From: Antedon mediterranea
Taxonomy: Eukaryota > Animalia > Echinodermata
Reading direction: 5' to 3'
Assembly: GCF_964355755.1 (NCBI RefSeq)
Contig: NC_092679.1
Span: forward strand, 22,303,432-22,367,431
DNA length: 64,000 nt
Below are positions 57,901-64,000 of the stretch, in pieces (position 1 is the first letter of the stretch; every line of letters begins with the position of its first letter). A model generated the notes under the pieces. It was not told where the DNA came from, did no database searches, and saw only the letters and a program-made list of their open reading frames with translations. The position numbers and the translations under genes were made by a program.

Positions 57901-59467
57901 GTTTGTTTAAACTCCTAGGCCTATACAATCATAAAATGTAAATTGACTATAATCACACACTACATCGACGATCGTAAACTTGGGAGTGTCAATCTGCTAT
58001 TTTTATGCTAAGTTTCAATACATACAAAGCGAATTACCAAGGTTGGACTAATTATAGTAGGGCTGTCACGATAAATATGGTCCGGGGCCAAAATCGGTCC
58101 GGCCGGACCAGTTTTGGCTCTAAAATTGTGGCCAAAAGCAGTCCGCCACTGCCAAAATCGGTCCGGGCTTTTCTTCTGTCGATTTTAATTGAATTACTAG
58201 GCCTATGATGCTGTTTTAAATTGTTTATGGCTATAAAAATATCCCATGATATATATTAGTAAGTTATCTTGTCGGATAAATACTATAAATAAATGTATTT
58301 TATCTAAAAACATGACTTAGGTGTTCACTCATATTTCGGCCTGCCACACACTCACATGAACGGGTATGAGACGCTGATATTGCCAGCTAGATTTGATTTA
58401 TGATTGAGGCCTTTTTCCTTTTCCTCAGCCTAATCAATATTGGATAATTTTTTTCTAATAATTGTATTGAATTGATATATTGATTGATTAACCATACATT
58501 TAATTAATAAATTAAATTGTTTTTAACATCATGGGGAAACGAAGATGTTAAAAAAGAACAAAATGGATTAAAAACAGGCAGAGATACATATTGTATACAA
58601 AAAGCCTAACAATTAGTACTAATTATTGATGAGTTACTACTAATAATGATAATAAAAAACAGGCTTAATTTATAATATTAAAATAACAAATAAAACCCAT
58701 AGTTTTCAATATAATGACTAATCATGGCCTTTTTTTTAAATGATATATACATTATGACTCATATTGCGCACCATATATTTGTAAGACCGGACCATATTTG
58801 GCGGCCAAAAACAGTCCTACTGCCCGGACCGATTTTATCCAGGCCGGACCAGTTTTGGCGGCCAAAATTGGTCCGGCCGGACAGGTTTTGGCAGCCATAA
58901 ATGGTCCCCCGGACTGATTTTGGCAGCCAAAACTGGTCCGCCGGACCGATTTTGGCCCGGACTGATTTTGGCGTGACAGGGCCTATACCTCCATGTGTAG
59001 ACTGCGTAAATTCAATTTGATTTTTCTAGACTAGACCCTGCCAGGGTTCCTGGGCCTACCTTTTTAATTAATAAGCATCTCTTTTAAAATGCAGTGTCGA
59101 GAACTTTAAAAAAATATATAGGCCTAATGAACCGTTGAAGTGTCTTTCTGTATATTTTACAATTATATTCAGGTCTTAGGCCTATAACTCTATAACAGTG
59201 GTTTAATGCACTAGTGAGTAGGCCTAGCTAGGGCTACACATAGGCCTAGCTAGATGACAGCGACGACCGCCTACTACTAGCGCTATGCACACACATGTGA
59301 CATCTCGATGCGACGATGAGGGCCTAGCCTAGCATATAGGCCTAGATTTATTCAAATTAGGTAATTTGTCTGAAAAAACTCACCTGAAACAACTCTCTCT
59401 TGTTTCTCCATTTCGTTAGAAAGTTTCGGTATACGAGATAACGTGTCTGTGTCCAAAATCGGGTCAT
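42993..59467 (-). CDS. ABC transporter subfamily A, full transporter (ABCA5-like), about 30 exons
   Basis: First exon [28 protein letters not shown] (59467-59384). NBD1: [44 protein letters not shown]2: [39 protein letters not shown]. Ends [17 protein letters not shown]...TNL* (TAG at 42993-42995). Confidence 0.93.
43888..43952 (+). mobile_element. tRNA-derived SINE head in an ABCA intron
   Basis: A-box TGGCTTGGTGG, B-box GGTTCAAGTCC and a CTTGG/CCAAG stem; the cloverleaf is incomplete. Confidence 0.55.
44363..44488. mobile_element. Abundant PIF/Harbinger-like MITE, representative copy (about 20 copies in the window)
   Basis: TIR AGCTCTGTCTACACTATCAAACT / AGTTTGATAGTGTAGACAGAGCT; TTA TSD here. 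Other copies near 7605, 7980, 8691, 8836, 9240-9936, 14059, 22020, 26453, 33268, 34182, 34987, 44826, 45612, 51329, 52226, 53378, 54326, 62478, 63286, 63544. Confidence 0.85.
54326..54487. mobile_element. PIF/Harbinger-like MITE, complete copy with TAA TSD
   Basis: TAA|AGCTCTGTACACACT...AGTGTAGACAGAGCT|TAA, with internal 21-bp GATATGCCCAAATATGGTAGT repeats. Confidence 0.85.
56721..56879. mobile_element. Diverged MITE (TGGTTCCCACTA...TAGTGGAAAACCA), Harbinger-like
   Basis: Imperfect TIR with AACGCAAG/CTTGCGTT subterminal mirrors; a related left end lies at about 31050. Confidence 0.45.
58064..58978. mobile_element. Ginger-like non-autonomous TIR element (second family) in ABCA intron 1
   Basis: TGTCACG...CGTGACA termini; perfect 4-bp TSD GGGC (58060-58063, 58979-58982); subterminal GGTCCGG/CCGGACC/GCCAAAA repeats. 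Confidence 0.8.
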
Positions 59468-60052
59468 TTGTATTTTTTTAAATGTTTTTTCAAAAATACG
59501 CGAATGTTTCTCCGCCGCACACACACCCCCCCTTCTTGTTGTTGTGTCGTCAGCACATCACATCATCGCTTTTTATACACGAGGTATGGAACGCAAACGG
59601 AAAATGTTCGTCATACTAGAAACCATGTGACTATTATTGGTAGCTTATAGATACATTATTATGTATTGATCGAACCAAATTAATGAGCAGGAACTCCTAC
59701 GCACGTTTTTTTTACAATAATATTTTATTAGAAATTCAATCAATTAAATTCTATTTTAATTAGAATAATAAAAATAAATAAATAAAAAAAAATTGGCCTA
59801 AATTAAAAACAAAATGAAACATCTCATTTTTATGTGTAATTTTTAATGTTTTCCTCTAAATATAGAAATTGTAATTTAGATTCTAATTTGTAACTTTATA
59901 AATTGTACATTCTTTTTTCAAATGTGTCCTGCATTTTTTTTGGTAGTCCCAAAGCATGGAGGTATCCCAAAGCATCCTGCGATAAACAGTATTACATATT
60001 ATTTGTTATATTTATCATTTTGTATGAATAAAGAATTTTAAGTGAAACTCAG

Positions 60053-60529
60053 GGGGGGGGGGGGGTGTGTAGAAAGCGACGACCTCGAATTGGACGACCC
60101 CAACGACCCGGGCGACCTCGAATTGGACGACCTAGAATTGGACGACCCATAACACGAAACCGACGACCCCTAGCCTATAGCCTAGCCTAGGCCTAAGTGT
60201 GGTATAACATCCCGAAGCCGAACATAGCCAAAGATCTTTAAACCATACCTTATATAATACTCGCAAGCAAGCAATTGACTGAAAAAATACAGAAATATCG
60301 CCATTTGATACTGAATGTGTCGACACGAACAAACGAACAGATATGGAACGCCAAGAGTGCATCATTAAAACTGCATTCGACTCGATTAGCACACGAAATA
60401 TCATAAACATGGCAAACCAGGTCAAAACGGCCCCTTTTTCAGCGGCGGGTAAGGTGATTTGATTATTTGGGTTAACAATGACCAATCGCCCGGGTCGTCC
60501 AATTCGAGGTCGTCGCTTTCTACACACCC
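60053..60529. mobile_element. MuDR/Mutator-like MITE
   Basis: About 38-bp perfect TIR GGGTGTGTAGAAAGCGACGACCTCGAATTGGACGACCC; 9-10-bp TSD GAAACTCAG(G) at 60044 and 60530. Confidence 0.8.
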
Positions 60530-61781
60530 GAAACTCAGGAGACTCTGTGAAACAAACAATTAGTGGAATTTAATACATGTTTCAAAACAATGGCTCCAAT
60601 CCCCTTTTAAGTGATCAGACACACTTAATTGGGTCCAAACTACTATAAAACAAACTGTGTATGTACACAATAATAATCATCTTCTTTTGTTTCGTTTTTT
60701 TTTCTACAATTCATGTTTAAAAAAAAAATTTAAAAAGATAGCATAGTATACAGAGTGGATTGAGCTCACAATAAGTTCTTTGAACTTTAAGTCAAAAGAA
60801 ACTCTGTCACTTTCATCATCAAATTCTTTTATTGACTAAATGTAAATAATGACGGTACCAACCGGATATTGACAATTAGTATTTTACTACATACATTGTT
60901 TGTGGAAACTATTTGGTATATCTGAATCATACAATAACTTCCTCTTTTTATAGAATATTTTATGGAATTTTATGCAATACAGCTACTTCTAATAACATTT
61001 TCACATGTATTGTGTTTCTGTACTATTAAAAACACTTTATTTTTTATGTACAGTACATGCCAAAATCAGAAGTTGATAAATTGTTGATTTTAGATGGTTC
61101 TTTTTATATTGAGACCAGCTGAGGAGCACATTAGCGGTGGAGGCTATGTGAGGGGAACAATAAAAAAAAAAACAACACATTATAATGACCATATATGGGG
61201 CATAAACGTAGCAAATTAGCTTGTTTTTTTACTTTTTTTGTAGGATTTTATCACAGAACACTATGCATAAATATATATTTTTATTAGATTAGTAACCGAA
61301 GAGAAAATGTGAAAAATCAGTAGCACGGCCCTGTTAGACCAGGAAAGAAGGAGTCATGGCATTATTTTATAACAAGTCTGGAAAACAATTTCAAAATACT
61401 GTACAACAAACATAGATAACCACTAAACCTTAATAGAGGGCGCTATATAAAAATTTCCCATATTATTGTGATAAAAGATAGCAGTTTCAAAGTAAACAAT
61501 GGATATACCAGGTTTAATTAAAGACCTTTTTTGGGAGGTTAAGGTGACCACAAAGGACTCCTGGGACTTTCCAGATATCTGTGCCCACCATGGCTTTCTG
61601 TCGTCGGAGTTCCTTAAGTACCTATTCTAATTATCATAACAATAATCAACTTGATTGTGCAATTTTATTTTTATGATTACCATTTAATACTGTATCTATA
61701 ACTAAAACGTTATTTTCGTATTAAAATATTATAAAACTATTGGAATTTTTAAGAGACAAAGAATGCAATTAGTTAAAAACA

Positions 61782-63508
61782 TCAACCCTTGTTTGCTTCT
61801 ATCTTTTGTCCAGGATCTAGTCCATAGCAAACCCTACCGTCTTGCATAGATGCCCAAGCCATTCTTATAGTTGTAAATGACATTCCAATATCACCTTGGT
61901 TACTGACAACAATTACTCCTCCTGACCCTTGAACTTTTGTGGTCATGTATGATAGTGCTTTTTCAGCTGCATCTTGAGGACTCAAACCTACGGAGTACAA
62001 ATTTAGTATTTTTATAATGTAAAAATAGGATTTAATATTGAGTAGGTCACTCTAGACGGTAATTATAAAAATATTTTGACACACATGGTGTGTCATACTT
62101 ATACTTGAGCTGAAATTCAGGCTTAAACATAATGACAAATCACAGCCATGTTACAAATCCTGGCCATGTGTCAAATCCATGTGCCAAATCCCGGCCATGT
62201 GACAAATCCTGGCCATGTGACAAATCCTGGTCATGTGACAAATCCTGGCCATGTGACAAATCGTAATCATGTGACAAATCCTTACCTTGTTCCATGTGTG
62301 CAATGATAGTTCTACAAAGCGTCACTCGGCTGATAGACTCCCCATGTCCAGTTGATGATACTGCACCAAAGTTATTGTCACAGTATGCCCCACATCCTGA
62401 CAAAAAATAATGTATTCGCATCATTTTTAAATACAGTCAACACTGGCAGAGCATGGGTAAATACTAGTGTACCTGATCTACACTATCAAACTTTAATGTG
62501 ACAAAAAAATGTTATGTGCCCATGAACATGATGATGTCATATCACTACCATACAGTATTTGGGCAAATCACACCTTTTTTGTCAAACTAGTTTGATAGTG
62601 TAGACAGAGCTTTAATAATTGCAATTAAATCATAATTTCTTTTTCAAAAATCTATTAATAATACAGTACCTATCAATGGACTATCTCCAACTCGTCCCAC
62701 TCGCTTTCCCGTGATGCCGCCGGTTGACGTTGCACAAGCAACGTTTCCTGACGCATCAACTGCTACAGCTCCAACAGTGTCATGACATTTCCTAACAAAT
62801 TACCAAAATTAAATTATTTTCCACAATAATTATAAAGTTTGTGGTACACTATGCATTCCTTAAAAGGAAGTAAGAAAAACAAAAAAATATCTCCTAATAT
62901 TCTATAAGTTTCTTTTATCTTACACCTACACACAAAAACCATGATTGGCCATCAAAATGGACAATTATACACTCTACTCTACATACCATTCTCTAAAAAA
63001 GATGTTCCTATTGACTCAGGATATTGTTACAAGGTGTTGTCCCCTAATTAGAGGTTTCACTTACCCTTGTCTAAACTGGTCACTGACTGTTACGCTATAT
63101 TTGTTATATTTCCTTGACATTTCCAGTGATTTTTCACAAACTAGCTCATCTGTGTTCACTTGTTCGATCCCTTGTTCCGTAGCAAATTGATTGGCACCTT
63201 TAGCGGCAAGTAACGTATGATCCGTCTGTAAAAGAAAGCGTGATAAGAAAGTGAGAAACTGGAAAGAGATCATAAAAAAATATCTAGTTTGATAGTGTAG
63301 ACAGAGCTATAACAGGTGTTTATTTGTGTTTCAATAGATAAAGAGCATGTGAACATAGCTTATACCTTTTCCATAACTAATCTTGCTAATGATACTGGGT
63401 TTTTTATGTTTTGTACACACGTCACTGCTCCTGATTGTAGGTTTTTCCCTTCCATAATAATGGCATCCATTTCAACATCACCTTCAATATTCAAAGCAGA
63501 CCCAGTGC
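61782..63508 (-). CDS. ASRGL1: Isoaspartyl peptidase/L-asparaginase (Ntn hydrolase), last 5 exons; the 5' part lies beyond the window
   Basis: [19 protein letters not shown]...[17 protein letters not shown]; [10 protein letters not shown] (catalytic Thr); [26 protein letters not shown]; STGHGE; GSGGVI; stop TGA at 61782-61784. Confidence 0.93.
62143..62282. repeat. 18-bp minisatellite (GGCCATGTGACAAATCCT), about 7-8 copies, abutting an ASRGL1 splice donor
   Basis: Visible 18-nt period starting within the first bases of the intron. Confidence 0.85.
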
Positions 63509-64000
63509 CTGTAAAAAAGATTAACACGTTATTTTATGTGTAAAGCTCAAATTTTATGCCTATGTGCCTATATATGGGCATATCACTACCATATTTTGGC
63601 ATATCCCTACCATATTTAGGCACACCACTCTTTTTTGTCAGACTAGTTTGATAGTGTACAGCCAGTATTCAAATTTAAACTGTTGACAGTGTGCCTATAC
63701 TGATATGATATGATATGATAACTTTATTTCGTCCACATAGGAAAATATTTTGAGTGCTTTTCACAAAATTGTACAAAAATATATAAAAACGTTTCATATA
63801 AAAAATAATTAATTACAATATTTAAAAACACTATATATTATTTAACAATGTACAAGTATGAACATAAGAACATATTCTGTAATTGTCTATAGACACATAC
63901 TGTAGAACTAGTCGCATGGATGAAAACATTACATAAGACACAGTCAACTGTACAGATAGATAGTAGTCAACTGTACCAATAGCTAGTAGTCAACTGTACA

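Overview
AT-rich, intron-containing animal genomic DNA. It is probably a marine invertebrate deuterostome such as an echinoderm, but that is inference only. Seven spliced protein-coding genes can be rebuilt by hand. (1) MRPS12 (-). (2) A small TEX43/SPMIP10-like gene (+) that the ORF track misses. (3) The kinetochore scaffold KNL1/Spc105 (-), with SILK and RVSF motifs and 21 near-identical MELT modules. (4) Trifunctional C1-THF synthase MTHFD1 (+), with a possible mitochondrial presequence. (5) A PhyH-family Fe(II)/2-oxoglutarate dioxygenase (-). (6) A full-length ABCA5-like transporter (-). (7) The 3' part of ASRGL1 (-). Introns and intergenic DNA are dense with mobile elements: about 20 copies of one PIF/Harbinger-like MITE, Tc1/mariner-like MITEs, a 1.3-kb foldback element with IS3EU-like ends, two Ginger-like families (one inserted into a copy of itself), a MuDR-like MITE, three LINE fragments and tRNA-derived SINE heads. 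The most unusual structure is a 25-copy 46-bp tandem array made from a KNL1 exon end plus its 5' splice site. This gives 25 consecutive splice donors, and using any but the first would include a stop codon before the kinetochore-targeting C-terminus. All calls come from reading the sequence; no searches were run.
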